From: Thermomicrobiales bacterium
GTDB lineage: Bacteria > Chloroflexota > Chloroflexia > Thermomicrobiales > UBA6265
Direction: 5' to 3'
Assembly (NCBI GenBank): GCA_023957015.1
Contig: JAMLHR010000011.1
Location: 2,838-66,837 of the forward strand
Length of the DNA stretch: 64,000 bases
Shown: in pieces, positions 26,555 to 36,490 of the stretch
How positions within the stretch are numbered: the stretch's first letter is position 1
How the letters are laid out: every line of letters starts with the position of its first letter
Notes under the pieces: model-generated
Database searches by the model: none
Told to the model about the DNA's origin: nothing
Seen by the model: the letters and a program-made list of their open reading frames with translations, nothing else
Program-made: the position numbers and the translations under genes

Positions 26555-28132
26555 ATGGGAATCACTCAGTTAAATCGACGTACGCTCGTTCAGGGCGTGG
26601 CAGTGGGTGCCGTGGGTATCCATGCGTTGGCCGCCACGAACTCGCTGGCGCAGTCAGACACCACGGTGAAGATCGGTGTGTCAGAAGATGGCTATCGTAC
26701 CGATGAACGCGCCAATGTCGGGTTCTACCCCCTTAACACGGGTATCTTCGAGAGCCTGGTTCACCTGGGCGAGGACTATCAGATCAAACCACTGCTGGCG
26801 GAAAGCTGGGAGTTTGTGGAGCCGAACACCTGGCGGATCACTCTGCGCCAGGATGTGAGTTTTCACGATGGCACCGCGTTCAACGCCGAGGCGGTGAAGT
26901 ACACGATGGATCGCATTGCCAGCAACGGCGGTGGTTCTATGGGTCTTGGTGCCGACAGCTGTGTGATTGTGGACGACTTCACGGTGGAGATCACATCGAG
27001 TCGACCAAACCGACGTCTGATGCAGCAGATCGGCCACCCAAACAACAGCATCCTCCCGGTTGGCCTCAATCCGGCGGAAAGCCGTATTGGTACGGGTCCA
27101 TTCAAGGAAGTGGAATACGTAGCCGGCGATCATTTCACTGTAGAAACCAACGCCGAGTACTGGGGTGACGACAAACCGGAGATTGCCGGTATCACCTTCA
27201 ACTTCTATCCAGATCCCACCGCCAGAATGCTGGCGCTTCAGGCCGGCGATGTGGATATGATCACGGATGTCTCCCGCCCGGCCGCTGGCCAGGTGGAGCA
27301 GATGGGCGCGACTCTTCTGCGAAGCCCAGTTGGGGGCTATGAGGCGTTCTACATCCAGATTCACGGCGAGGAACCCTATCACCTCGGTGCCGACCCGGCT
27401 GTGCGCGAAGCCATAAGTCTGGCGATTGATCGCAATGTGATCGTGCAGAATGCCTGGCAGGGTAACGCCGAACCCGGTCACACCATGATTCCACCAGCCA
27501 TCCTGGGCGATTCCGTCTCGATTGTGGCGGAACCTACCTATGATCTCGAGAAGGCGAAATCCCTGCTGGAGGAAGCTGGTTGGACGGGAGACGATATTCG
27601 CGCCAAGGATGGCACGGCGCTCACACTGACGATCATCAACGGTTATGGCACAGCAGCTGACCACGGTACCGTACCGGAAATCCTTCAGGCACAGCTGCGC
27701 GAAGCCGGTATCGATCTCCAGATCGTGCAGACACCGGATACTGCCACTTACGAACAACGTTTGTCGCTGGGTGAGGGCGATCTCTGGCTCGAGGCGGGAT
27801 CGCAAAACGATGGCAATCCCGGGTTCCTGCCCGGTCTGCTCTTCGCCTCACCTGAGGAAGGTGGTGATCCCGAAAGCACGATGTATGGCCGCGCGTTCGC
27901 GCCGGGAGCAGCATTCGACGAGCAGATCGAGATCACCAACAATGCCGTTGATATGGCCGAAGTGCAGGAGGCAGCGGCACTTGGCATGAACCTGCTCATC
28001 AATGAGGAACACATTGTGGTACCCCTATGCGGGTTCTTCCGTATGGTAGGGGCAAGCGAGAAGATCACCGAGTTCAGCCTGCATCCATCCGGTGTCAACC
28101 AGCGTTGGACCAGTCTCCGCGTTAAGGGATAA
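26555..28132 (+). CDS. ABC transporter substrate-binding protein, family 5 (peptide/nickel/opine type), Tat signal
   Basis: GGGAGAGG RBS. Signal peptide MGITQLNRRTLVQGVAVGAVGIHALAA. Family-5 features (WEFVEPNTWRITLRQDVSFHDGTAFNAEAV). Confidence 0.88.
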   Translation: MGITQLNRRTLVQGVAVGAVGIHALAATNSLAQSDTTVKIGVSEDGYRTDERANVGFYPLNTGIFESLVHLGEDYQIKPLLAESWEFVEPNTWRITLRQDVSFHDGTAFNAEAVKYTMDRIASNGGGSMGLGADSCVIVDDFTVEITSSRPNRRLMQQIGHPNNSILPVGLNPAESRIGTGPFKEVEYVAGDHFTVETNAEYWGDDKPEIAGITFNFYPDPTARMLALQAGDVDMITDVSRPAAGQVEQMGATLLRSPVGGYEAFYIQIHGEEPYHLGADPAVREAISLAIDRNVIVQNAWQGNAEPGHTMIPPAILGDSVSIVAEPTYDLEKAKSLLEEAGWTGDDIRAKDGTALTLTIINGYGTAADHGTVPEILQAQLREAGIDLQIVQTPDTATYEQRLSLGEGDLWLEAGSQNDGNPGFLPGLLFASPEEGGDPESTMYGRAFAPGAAFDEQIEITNNAVDMAEVQEAAALGMNLLINEEHIVVPLCGFFRMVGASEKITEFSLHPSGVNQRWTSLRVKG

Positions 28133-28138
28133 CGTTCC

Positions 28139-29077
28139 GTGGGATCGTTCATTCTCCGGCGAGTCATGTTGCTGGTACCGATCTGGATCGGTATCTCGCT
28201 GCTCGCCTTCCTCCTCACGAATCTGACGCCCGGCGATCCTGCCCGGCTGGCGCTGCAGCGAGAGCTGGGGCATCAGCCGGATACCGCCCAGGTGGAGGAA
28301 GCGCGCGAACGCATGGGATTGAACGATCCCCTCCCCATTCAATACCTGCGATGGTTGGGTCATGCCGCGACCGGCGACCTTGGCACCTCGTATCGCAACG
28401 GGCAGCCGGTGCTGGAGGCGCTCACCAATCGCTTCCCCACCACCCTGAAGCTGGCAGCGCTTGGTTTGGCCATATCGGTAACCATCGCCCTACCACTCGG
28501 TGCACTGGCGGCGGTCTTCCGCGGCCGCGTGGTCGATCACTTCAGCCGTATTTTCGCGCTTGTCGGCGCCTCCATGCCCAGTTTCTGGGTGGCGTATCTG
28601 CTCATCCTGGCGTTCGCGGTAAACCTCCGACTACTGCCCGTGGCAGGAAGCTCCACCTGGAAACATATCGTCCTGCCTGCGGTCACCCTCGGTATCGCCG
28701 GGAGCGCCAGCTTGATGCGTGTTGTCCGCAGCGAGATGCTGGAAAACCTGGGGCAGGATTACGTACGAACCGCCCGCGCGAAGGGACTCGCCAACTCGTA
28801 TGTCATCTCGCGTCATGCATTTCGCAACGCACTGATACCGGTGACCACCATTCTCGGTATGAGGTTCGCCGGGATGTTGGGTGGCACGGTGATTGTGGAA
28901 ACCATCTTCGCCTGGCCAGGTATCGGCAAACTCATCATCGACGCCATCTTTGACAGGGACTACCCGATTATCCAGGGGTTCGTGATCTTCATGGGAACGG
29001 TAACGCTCCTGATCAATCTGACCGTTGACATCGGCTACGGATTGATTGATCCCCGCGTCCGACCCGCGAAGTCCTGA
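28139..29077 (+). CDS. ABC transporter permease (DppB/NikB-like)
   Basis: N-terminus FILRRVMLLVPIWIGISLLAFLL. EAA loop QDYVRTARAKGL. Confidence 0.9.
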   Translation: MGSFILRRVMLLVPIWIGISLLAFLLTNLTPGDPARLALQRELGHQPDTAQVEEARERMGLNDPLPIQYLRWLGHAATGDLGTSYRNGQPVLEALTNRFPTTLKLAALGLAISVTIALPLGALAAVFRGRVVDHFSRIFALVGASMPSFWVAYLLILAFAVNLRLLPVAGSSTWKHIVLPAVTLGIAGSASLMRVVRSEMLENLGQDYVRTARAKGLANSYVISRHAFRNALIPVTTILGMRFAGMLGGTVIVETIFAWPGIGKLIIDAIFDRDYPIIQGFVIFMGTVTLLINLTVDIGYGLIDPRVRPAKS

Positions 29078-29090
29078 CGAGGAGACAGAT

Positions 29091-29999
29091 ATGGCCGTCA
29101 GTACCGCAGATCACAAATCACCGACCAAGCTGGCGAAGCCTGCAGTGAAACTGACCGCGCCTGAGCGATTCATCCTCCTCAAGCAACTGCGGAAAGACAC
29201 TTCCGCCCTGGTGGGGCTGGTTCTTCTGAGTGTGATCGTAGTGATGGCAGTCTTCGCGAATCAGATCGCTCCCTATGATCCGATCAAAACGGACCTCCTG
29301 CTCGGCTTAACCGGCCCCAGCCGAGATCACTGGTTGGGAACCGATAGCCTGGGACGGGACATGTTTAGCCGCATCGTGCATGGTGCCCGCTGGAGCCTGG
29401 GTGCTGCCGCGATCGCAAGTTTGGCTATCGTTGTCCTCGGTGTATCTATCGGTATCATCGCCGGATTCTTCGGCGGGATCATTGATTCGCTGTTGATGCG
29501 GTTGGTGGATGTGCTGTTGGCATTCCCCAGCATGATTCTGGCACTCGCGATTGTCGGTATGCTCGGTCCCAGTCTAAAGAACGTGCTCATCGGCATGGTC
29601 GCAGTCTGGTGGGTGGATTACGCTCGCATCGTGCGCGGAATCACGCTCAGAGTCGCCCAGAACGATTACGTGGAGGCGGCCCACTGCTGCGGTTGTCACC
29701 CAACGAGAACGATGATCCGCCACATTTTCCCGAATGTGATTCCCACTGTGGCCGTGTTGGCGACACTGGAACTCGGCGGGCTCATACTGGCTATCAGTGG
29801 ACTAAGCTTTCTCGGCCTCGGCGCGCAACCACCGACACCCGAATGGGGAGCGATGATCAACGATGGCCGGGCGTTCTTCCTCAATGCTCCTCAACTCATG
29901 TTTTATCCAGGTATGGCGATCAGCATCGTCGTCCTCGCCTGCAACCTCGTCGGTGACGGTCTGCGTGATGCGCTCGATCCCCGCATGCGCTCCCGCTAG
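29091..29999 (+). CDS. ABC transporter permease (DppC/NikC-like)
   Basis: HWLGTDSLGRDMFSRIVHGAR motif. EAA loop NDYVEAAHCCGC. The ATG at 29091 is preceded by GAGGAGA. Confidence 0.9.
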   Translation: MAVSTADHKSPTKLAKPAVKLTAPERFILLKQLRKDTSALVGLVLLSVIVVMAVFANQIAPYDPIKTDLLLGLTGPSRDHWLGTDSLGRDMFSRIVHGARWSLGAAAIASLAIVVLGVSIGIIAGFFGGIIDSLLMRLVDVLLAFPSMILALAIVGMLGPSLKNVLIGMVAVWWVDYARIVRGITLRVAQNDYVEAAHCCGCHPTRTMIRHIFPNVIPTVAVLATLELGGLILAISGLSFLGLGAQPPTPEWGAMINDGRAFFLNAPQLMFYPGMAISIVVLACNLVGDGLRDALDPRMRSR

Positions 30000-30062
30000 C
30001 ACCGCAACATACGAGAAGGCGATCACTCCTCGACCCTGTACCATGACGATACAGAAAGGAGA

Positions 30063-30482
30063 ATGACGATGACCGAATTCATCACCCTCAGGGAAACGAT
30101 CGCCGCCACACCCGAACGCCTTTACGACGCCTTCCTCACGCCGGAGGATCTGTTGCAATGGCACCGCGCCTCCGAGGACTGGACCACGCCACACGCGATG
30201 AGCGATCCCGTGGTCGGTGGAAAGTTCAATATCGGCTTTGGTGATCCGAACGGCGAGTACAGCTTCGATTTCACCGGTACCTATTCTGCGCTGGATCACC
30301 CGACTCACATCGCCTACACGATCGATGACGGTCGGCTGGTGACGATCGATTTCGAGGACGCTGGCGATGGCCAGACGCATGTTGTCTGGAAGTTTGAGCC
30401 CGAAAATACATTCCCCAAGGAGATGCAGGAGCAGGGTTGGATGGCGCAGCTGGTGAACCTCAAGCGATATCTGGAAGGGTAG
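30063..30482 (+). CDS. SRPBCC/Aha1-domain protein
   Basis: 139 aa. The pattern RLYDAFLTPEDLLQWH...GGKFNIGF...VVWKFEP... is typical of the AHSA1/START-like family. Confidence 0.7.
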   Translation: MTMTEFITLRETIAATPERLYDAFLTPEDLLQWHRASEDWTTPHAMSDPVVGGKFNIGFGDPNGEYSFDFTGTYSALDHPTHIAYTIDDGRLVTIDFEDAGDGQTHVVWKFEPENTFPKEMQEQGWMAQLVNLKRYLEG

Positions 30483-30485
30483 CCC

Positions 30486-30833
30486 GTGAACACGAGCCCG
30501 GATGTCGATACCTACATCGCCCAGTTCCCCGAGGATGTCCAGGCGATTCTGGCGCGCATTCGCGGCATTGTCCGCGAGTGCGCTCCGGATGCGATCGAGT
30601 CGATCAGCTATGCCATGCCCGACTACAAGCTGAACAAGAAGCCGCTGGTGTACTATGCCGCCTACCCGAAGCACATCGGACTATATGCGACACCCACCGG
30701 CCACGAAGCGTTCGCGGCGGAGCTGGCAGGATACAAGCAGGGCAAGGGGTCGGTGCAGTTCCCGCTGGATCAGGAGATGCCGTGGGCGTTGATCGAACGC
30801 ATCGTGCGGTTCAGGGTGGATGAGCTCCTGTAG
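30486..30833 (+). CDS. DUF1801 (YdhG-like) protein
   Basis: VDTYIAQFPEDVQAILARIRGIVRECAPDAIESISYAMPDYKLNKKPLVYYAAYPKHIGLY is the YdhG-like pattern. Confidence 0.7.
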   Translation: MNTSPDVDTYIAQFPEDVQAILARIRGIVRECAPDAIESISYAMPDYKLNKKPLVYYAAYPKHIGLYATPTGHEAFAAELAGYKQGKGSVQFPLDQEMPWALIERIVRFRVDELL

Positions 30834-31074
30834 CGACGGCCTGGAATGGCCGTTGAGAATGGTCCCGCGTTCAACTCCGCCGCAGTGATTGACGTCCCGC
30901 GACACACATCCAGCCGCCTCCGGCGGTCGCCACCCATGTCAGGATGGCGCTACCAATCACCTGTGGCTTCCCGTATCCCCATAACCACAGATACGCTGGT
31001 ATCATTCCCACAGCCATTCCGATGGTGGGGCAATGGCGCCCATGAGCATTTCGACTTTCCATCCGGAGTACAAC

Positions 31075-31527
31075 ATGTCCCAGCCGATGGTTTGCCGCGG
31101 GATTCGCGGGGCCACAACCGCCGCCGCCAACACGGCCGAGGATATCCTCGAGGCAACACAGGAACTGGTCGATGTCCTGATCGGACTCAACGGTCTGAAA
31201 TCCGAAGATATCGCTTCGGCCGTCTTTAGTACCACACCCGATCTGAACGCGATGTTCCCCGCCGCTGCGGCCCGCATGTTCGGCTGGACCGAAGTGCCGA
31301 TGATGTGCACCCACGAGATGCACGTGCCGGGCAGCCTCCAGAAAGCGGTCCGCGTGCTGGTGCATGTCAACACCAACAAGAGCCCATCGGAGATCCGCCA
31401 CGTCTACCTCAAGGGTGCTGTGAAGCTGCGACCCGAGTGGGCCGTTTCCGATGCCGAAATCCAGAAACTCACCGCCCAGAAGTCGGCTCAGGAAGTCGAT
31501 GTCGATGCGGTTCCGGTCACCCAGTAG
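31075..31527 (+). CDS. aroH: Chorismate mutase, AroH class
   Basis: CRGIRGATT...DIASAVFSTTPDLNAMFPAAAAR...RVLVHVNT...IRHVYLKGAVKLRPE aligns with B. subtilis AroH (IRGIRGATT...SATPDL...FPA...IRHVYL...LRPD). Confidence 0.85.
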   Translation: MSQPMVCRGIRGATTAAANTAEDILEATQELVDVLIGLNGLKSEDIASAVFSTTPDLNAMFPAAAARMFGWTEVPMMCTHEMHVPGSLQKAVRVLVHVNTNKSPSEIRHVYLKGAVKLRPEWAVSDAEIQKLTAQKSAQEVDVDAVPVTQ

Positions 31528-31559
31528 TACCCAACGCTAGTAAAGAGGACAATCCCGAC

Positions 31560-32603
31560 ATGATCATCGTTATGAAATCCGATTCCACCCAGGAAAAACT
31601 GGACGCTGTGGTGGCCAGAGTAAAGAGCCGCAACCTGCAGGCGCACCTGATTCAGGGCGACGGTCAAACGATCGTCGGCGTGGTGGGATTGCCGCTGACA
31701 CCGGATCTGGACGAGATGTTCGGCATCATGCCAGGCGTGCAGACGGTTCTGCGCGTCTCCAAGAAGTACAAGCTGGTCGGCTGGGAGTTCCATCCGCAGA
31801 AGACGGTGATCGACCTCGGCGACGGCGTCACCATCGGTGGGAACGATATCTCGATGATGGCTGGCCCCTGCTCCGTCGAATCCGAAGAGCAGACGATGAG
31901 CACCGCTCGCGCCGTCAAGGCTGCCGGTGCCACCATCCTGCGCGGTGGCGCGTTCAAGCCCCGCACCTCGCCCTATGAGTTCCGCGGTCTCGGCGAGTAC
32001 GGTCTCCAGATTCTGGCGCAGGCGCGCGAGGAAACCGGACTCAAGATCGTCACCGAGGTAATGACCCCATCCGATGTCGAAGTCGTGGCGAAGTACACGG
32101 ATATCTTCCAGATCGGTGCTCGCAACAGCCAGAACTACCTCCTGCTGGAGGAAGTCGGCAAGGCGATGAAGCCGGTCATGCTCAAGCGTGGACTCTCGAT
32201 GTTGATCGAGGAGTGGTTGCTGGCCGCCGAGTATGTGATGGCACAGGGGAACCCGGATGTGATGCTGTGCGAGCGCGGTATCCGCACGTTTGAGAACGCC
32301 ACTCGCAACACCTACGATGTCTCCGCTGTGCCGGTGCTGCAGAGCATGAGCCACCTACCGGTGATCGTCGATCCCAGCCACGCCGCTGGCAAGCGCAAGT
32401 TTGTGGATGCGCTGACGCTGGCCGGTGTCGCCGCTGGTGCCGATGGTGTCATCGTCGAGGTCCACCCGGAACCGGATCAGGCAATGAGCGATGGTGCCCA
32501 GAGCCTCAACTTCGAGCAGTTCGCCAAGCTGACACCGAAGGTGAAGGCCGTGGCCGAAGCGATCGGTCGTGGACTGCCAATTCCGGATAGCGTTCCGGCC
32601 TAA
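31560..32603 (+). CDS. 3-deoxy-7-phosphoheptulonate (DAHP) synthase, type I-beta with an N-terminal ferredoxin-like regulatory domain
   Basis: MIIVMKS...[14 protein letters not shown] regulatory domain. Catalytic blocks [33 protein letters not shown] and VDPSHA.G. Confidence 0.9.
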   Translation: MIIVMKSDSTQEKLDAVVARVKSRNLQAHLIQGDGQTIVGVVGLPLTPDLDEMFGIMPGVQTVLRVSKKYKLVGWEFHPQKTVIDLGDGVTIGGNDISMMAGPCSVESEEQTMSTARAVKAAGATILRGGAFKPRTSPYEFRGLGEYGLQILAQAREETGLKIVTEVMTPSDVEVVAKYTDIFQIGARNSQNYLLLEEVGKAMKPVMLKRGLSMLIEEWLLAAEYVMAQGNPDVMLCERGIRTFENATRNTYDVSAVPVLQSMSHLPVIVDPSHAAGKRKFVDALTLAGVAAGADGVIVEVHPEPDQAMSDGAQSLNFEQFAKLTPKVKAVAEAIGRGLPIPDSVPA

Positions 32604-32691
32604 TACCCGCGAATATCGCGGTATCATTCAGTAGTTTTGTAAGAACCGGTGGGCATGCGGCTCACCGGTTCTGGTATGAGCGGCGAGAACA

Positions 32692-33873
32692 ATGTCGAAG
32701 TCATCTACACAATCGAAACTGATGCTCTTCATCGTGTTCTGCGCGTTCATCAGCATCGGCTTCCCGGATGCCGTGCTCGGTGTGGCCTGGCCGGAGATGC
32801 GCATCGATTTCGGTCGTACCCGTGCCGATCTCGCCGTTATCCTGATCTTCAATACCTTCGGATACTTCAGCTCCGGTGCCCTCGCGGGCACGATCCTGGA
32901 AAAGCTTGGTGTCGGCAAGACGCTGGCCTACAGCACCCTGCTGGTTGCGACCGGGCTGTTCGGCTACGCCATCTCGCCCTCGTTCTGGCTCCTTCCCCTG
33001 GTGGCTATCTGCGTCGGCTTTGGTAGCGGCGCGGTCGATGCCGGTCTGAACTTCTACGCGGCCGAGCACTACAGCAACATGGTCATGAACTGGCTCCACG
33101 CCTTCTTCGGCTTCGGTGCCATGATCGGTCCATTCATCATGGCGGCCACACTCAACGCCGGTGCCAGTTGGCGCTGGGGCTACGCCACCGTGGCGATGGT
33201 GACGCTGGTCCTGGCGATCATCTTCGTGCTGCGCATGAACAGCTGGGATGAAACGTCGCACGCAAGCGAGGAAGGCACCACCAGGATGCCGGCGCGTCAG
33301 GTGCTGAGCATGCCGCTGGTGTGGCTGCAAATCGGACTTTTCTTCGCGATGTGCGGTATTGAGGCCACCGTCGGCGTCTGGACCGCCACCCTTCTGCGCG
33401 AGCGTTTTGATGTCAACGCGGCTTCTGCCGGTGTGTGGGCTGGCCTGTACTGGGGAGCAGTAGGTCTCGGTCGCCTCACGATCCCGGTGGTTTTCCGCCG
33501 GGTACCGACTGCTCGGATCATCCAGGCTGGCGCGTGGACGATGCTCATCGCCGCGATCCTGCTCATTCCGGATACCCTGTGGATAACCAAAATCGGCATC
33601 GTGCTGTTTGGTCTCGGCAATGCCCCGATGTTCCCGAATCTGATGACGCTTACACCGCATCGGTACGGACGCGAGATTGCCATCCACACGATCGGTTTCC
33701 AGGTGAGTGCCGCCACCGCAGCCGTCTCGATTATCCCGAGCATCGCCGGATTCGTTTCAGAAGCAACCGGACTGATTGCGATTCCCATCACGGTGACGGT
33801 TGGTGCCGCCATCGTCATTCTTCTGGAATCACAACTCCGGGCTCGTACCGGATTCGCAGATACGGTGCACTAA
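32692..33873 (+). CDS. MFS transporter (paralogue 1 of a tandem pair)
   Basis: 12 predicted helices. N-terminus FIVFCAFISIGFPDAVLGVAWPEMR. Confidence 0.85.
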   Translation: MSKSSTQSKLMLFIVFCAFISIGFPDAVLGVAWPEMRIDFGRTRADLAVILIFNTFGYFSSGALAGTILEKLGVGKTLAYSTLLVATGLFGYAISPSFWLLPLVAICVGFGSGAVDAGLNFYAAEHYSNMVMNWLHAFFGFGAMIGPFIMAATLNAGASWRWGYATVAMVTLVLAIIFVLRMNSWDETSHASEEGTTRMPARQVLSMPLVWLQIGLFFAMCGIEATVGVWTATLLRERFDVNAASAGVWAGLYWGAVGLGRLTIPVVFRRVPTARIIQAGAWTMLIAAILLIPDTLWITKIGIVLFGLGNAPMFPNLMTLTPHRYGREIAIHTIGFQVSAATAAVSIIPSIAGFVSEATGLIAIPITVTVGAAIVILLESQLRARTGFADTVH

Positions 33874-33876
33874 ATC

Positions 33877-35073
33877 ATGAAAACACAACACACAATCTCG
33901 ACGGCGATGATCGTGCTGGTCTTCGCGGCGTTCGTCAGCATCGGTTTGCCCGATGCCCTCTTCGGTACATCCTGGCCTGATATGCGGGTGGAGTTCGGTA
34001 TTCCGAACGCCTACGCAGGCATCCTCAATATCCCGGGCGCATTGGCCTATATGGCCAGCAGCGCATTGTTGGGAACGATCCTGCATCGGATCGGGACAGG
34101 TATGCTCCTGATCTACAGCACTGCCCTGGTGGGTCTGGGACTCACCTGGTATGCGCTCTCGCCAACCTTCTGGCTTATCATCCCCGCGGTGATGCTGCTG
34201 GCGGCGGGAAGCGGCGCGATCGACGCAGCCCTTAATCTGTTCGCTGCCCAAAACCTGCCACCACGCTACATGAGTTGGCTGCATGCGTTCTATGGTGTCG
34301 GCGCGCTGGTTGGTCCCTTCCTGATGGCGATCATCTTCGGTATGGGGCAGAGCTGGCGGTGGGGATATGCCACAGTCGCTTTCATCATTTGGATCATGGC
34401 ACTGATCTTCCTCGTCACTCGCGGTCACTGGACCGCCGATCCCGACGCCGAGGAATCACACCACGACGCCAAACCCGCCAGCGTCAGCGGCACCCAGGTG
34501 CTGCGCATGCCACGCGTGCAACTCAGTCTGCTCATGATGATGGGTGGATCGGTGATCGAGTGCCTGACGTCGCTGTGGACGGCCTCGATACTCGTCAATC
34601 GCTTCGGCGTGAGTACCAGCAAGGCGGCACTCGGTGTCGCGCTCTACTGGGTGGGTCTGACGGGCGGGCGCATATTGATTCCGATCATCTGGCCAAACGC
34701 CGCGCCGATTCGAATCCAACGCGTGTCCACCTTCATGGTCCTGGCTGGAGCCGTGGCGATGATGCCACCATCGTTGCCGCTCTCGTTTGTCGGAATCGCA
34801 CTCATCGGCGTTGGCGTTGCCAGCATTTACCCGATCGCGATGACGATCACTGCCGATCGATTCGGTCCGGCGATCAGTCAGCACGCTGTTGGGTACATGG
34901 TGAGCGCATCCACGGTCGCCTTCTCGCTTCTGCCATTCATCTCCGGCTGGATAGCTGACCGGGCAGGATTCGGGATCATTCCGGTGATCATGGCACTTGG
35001 TGTGATGTTGTTGCTCGCAACACAAGTTGTGTTGGTTCGCGGTGATACCCCGGAAACCGCTGATCTGCTATAG
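33877..35073 (+). CDS. MFS transporter (paralogue 2 of a tandem pair)
   Basis: The N-terminus VLVFAAFVSIGLPDALFGTSWPDMR parallels the upstream gene. The two genes are 3 nt apart. Confidence 0.85.
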   Translation: MKTQHTISTAMIVLVFAAFVSIGLPDALFGTSWPDMRVEFGIPNAYAGILNIPGALAYMASSALLGTILHRIGTGMLLIYSTALVGLGLTWYALSPTFWLIIPAVMLLAAGSGAIDAALNLFAAQNLPPRYMSWLHAFYGVGALVGPFLMAIIFGMGQSWRWGYATVAFIIWIMALIFLVTRGHWTADPDAEESHHDAKPASVSGTQVLRMPRVQLSLLMMMGGSVIECLTSLWTASILVNRFGVSTSKAALGVALYWVGLTGGRILIPIIWPNAAPIRIQRVSTFMVLAGAVAMMPPSLPLSFVGIALIGVGVASIYPIAMTITADRFGPAISQHAVGYMVSASTVAFSLLPFISGWIADRAGFGIIPVIMALGVMLLLATQVVLVRGDTPETADLL

Positions 35074-35108
35074 AGATATCCAACTCCACGGATCCGCAAA
35101 CAACAGAG

Positions 35109-35136
35109 CGCCCGAGCCAAGAGGCTGGCTCGGGCG
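35109..35136. terminator. Hairpin CGCCCGAGCC-aagaggct-GGCTCGGGCG between convergent MFS and aminotransferase genes
   Basis: 10-bp GC stem read directly in the sequence. Confidence 0.55.
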
Positions 35137-35151
35137 TTCCGCGTGGAAACG

Positions 35152-36324
35152 CTATTCCAGTTCAGCCAGCGCCTTACCCATGCGCTGAATAGCCTCAGTC
35201 ATCACTGCCCGTGAGCATGCGAAATTGAAGCGCACGTGGCGCTTGCCCACTTCACCACACGCAGCACCATCGGTAATCGCAACTTTGGCATGCTCGCGGA
35301 AGAATGTGGCCACATCCTCCGGTACCTTCGTCTCCGTGAAATCGAGCCAGGCCAGGTATGTCCCCTGCGCCTTGATCATCTTCACACCCGGTAGATACTC
35401 GGCCACCAGATCAGCCAGCGCATCCCGGCTCCCCTCCAGGTACGCCAGGACCTCCTTGAGCCATGACTCACCCTCATCGTAGGCGGCGGTGCTGGCAATC
35501 ACCCCGGTCACGGCCGCGCCGTGAGCCATCCAGCCAGCACCATTGTCATTCCACGCCGCGATATCGTCGGGATTAGACAGGACCAGTTGGGCACATTTCA
35601 GACCCGGCAGATTCCAGGCCTTGCTGGCGGCGATCGCCGTAATGGTGTGGCTGGCGTTGACATCGTTGACCGAGGCATAGGGTATATGCTGCTGACCGCT
35701 GTACAAGAGCGGTGCGTGGATCTCATCCGAGAAAACTCGTCCATTGTTGCGTGCAACAATCTCTCCGAGCTTGACGTTCTCCTCAGCACTGTTGACCTTA
35801 CCGATGGGATTGTAAGGATTGCACACGATCAGGACGTCGCCACCGTCACGGAATGCCTGCTCAATACCATCGTAGTCGTACTCCCAACCATAACCAGTCT
35901 TGAGCATCGGAACCTCAATGATCTCTCGACCAAGCAGCTTCGGCAGAAATACGAACGGCATATAGGCCGGAGTTGGCAATATCACCTTGCCACCCCCGGG
36001 TGCGTACTTGGTCAGCGCGATCTCCATACCCTTCAACACATCCGGCATGGAACGCACCATATCCCGAGAGACATTCCAGGTTGTGTGGCGACCATACCAC
36101 CTGCAGACGGAGTCCAGGAGGGCGTCATCCACATCCTTGGGCAGGTAGCCGAAGTATCCGGCTTCGACGGTTTTCGCCAACGCCTCCTTGACGGCGGGTG
36201 CAGTTCCGAAATCCATCTCGGCGATGAATGCACCCAAACAGTCAGGGAATGCGGTCCACTTTACGCCCAATGTCCCGGCCATATCCTCGGCCGAAATCGC
36301 ATCGAAATTCACAGCTTCCTCCAT
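35152..36324 (-). CDS. PLP-dependent aminotransferase class I/II, MalY/PatB-like C-S lyase
   Basis: KWTAFPD...FIAEMDFGTAP...NPYNPIGKV...SDEIHAPL...ASKAWNLPGLK (PLP lysine motif). The ATG at 36324 is preferred over the longer ORF. Confidence 0.85.
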   Translation of the reverse strand: MEEAVNFDAISAEDMAGTLGVKWTAFPDCLGAFIAEMDFGTAPAVKEALAKTVEAGYFGYLPKDVDDALLDSVCRWYGRHTTWNVSRDMVRSMPDVLKGMEIALTKYAPGGGKVILPTPAYMPFVFLPKLLGREIIEVPMLKTGYGWEYDYDGIEQAFRDGGDVLIVCNPYNPIGKVNSAEENVKLGEIVARNNGRVFSDEIHAPLLYSGQQHIPYASVNDVNASHTITAIAASKAWNLPGLKCAQLVLSNPDDIAAWNDNGAGWMAHGAAVTGVIASTAAYDEGESWLKEVLAYLEGSRDALADLVAEYLPGVKMIKAQGTYLAWLDFTETKVPEDVATFFREHAKVAITDGAACGEVGKRHVRFNFACSRAVMTEAIQRMGKALAELE

Positions 36325-36490
36325 ATCAATACCAGACGGAATGAGGGCATTATCGCAGAGGTTATAGAAATGGTGAACAGCATCACCATATACCGGGATA
36401 AAGATGCACACTGGATACAAGCAACGGTGAAACCCCACGTTGTTACGATGCGTTTAAGGGACAGTCACACAGCGAATGAAAGGAACGTCA

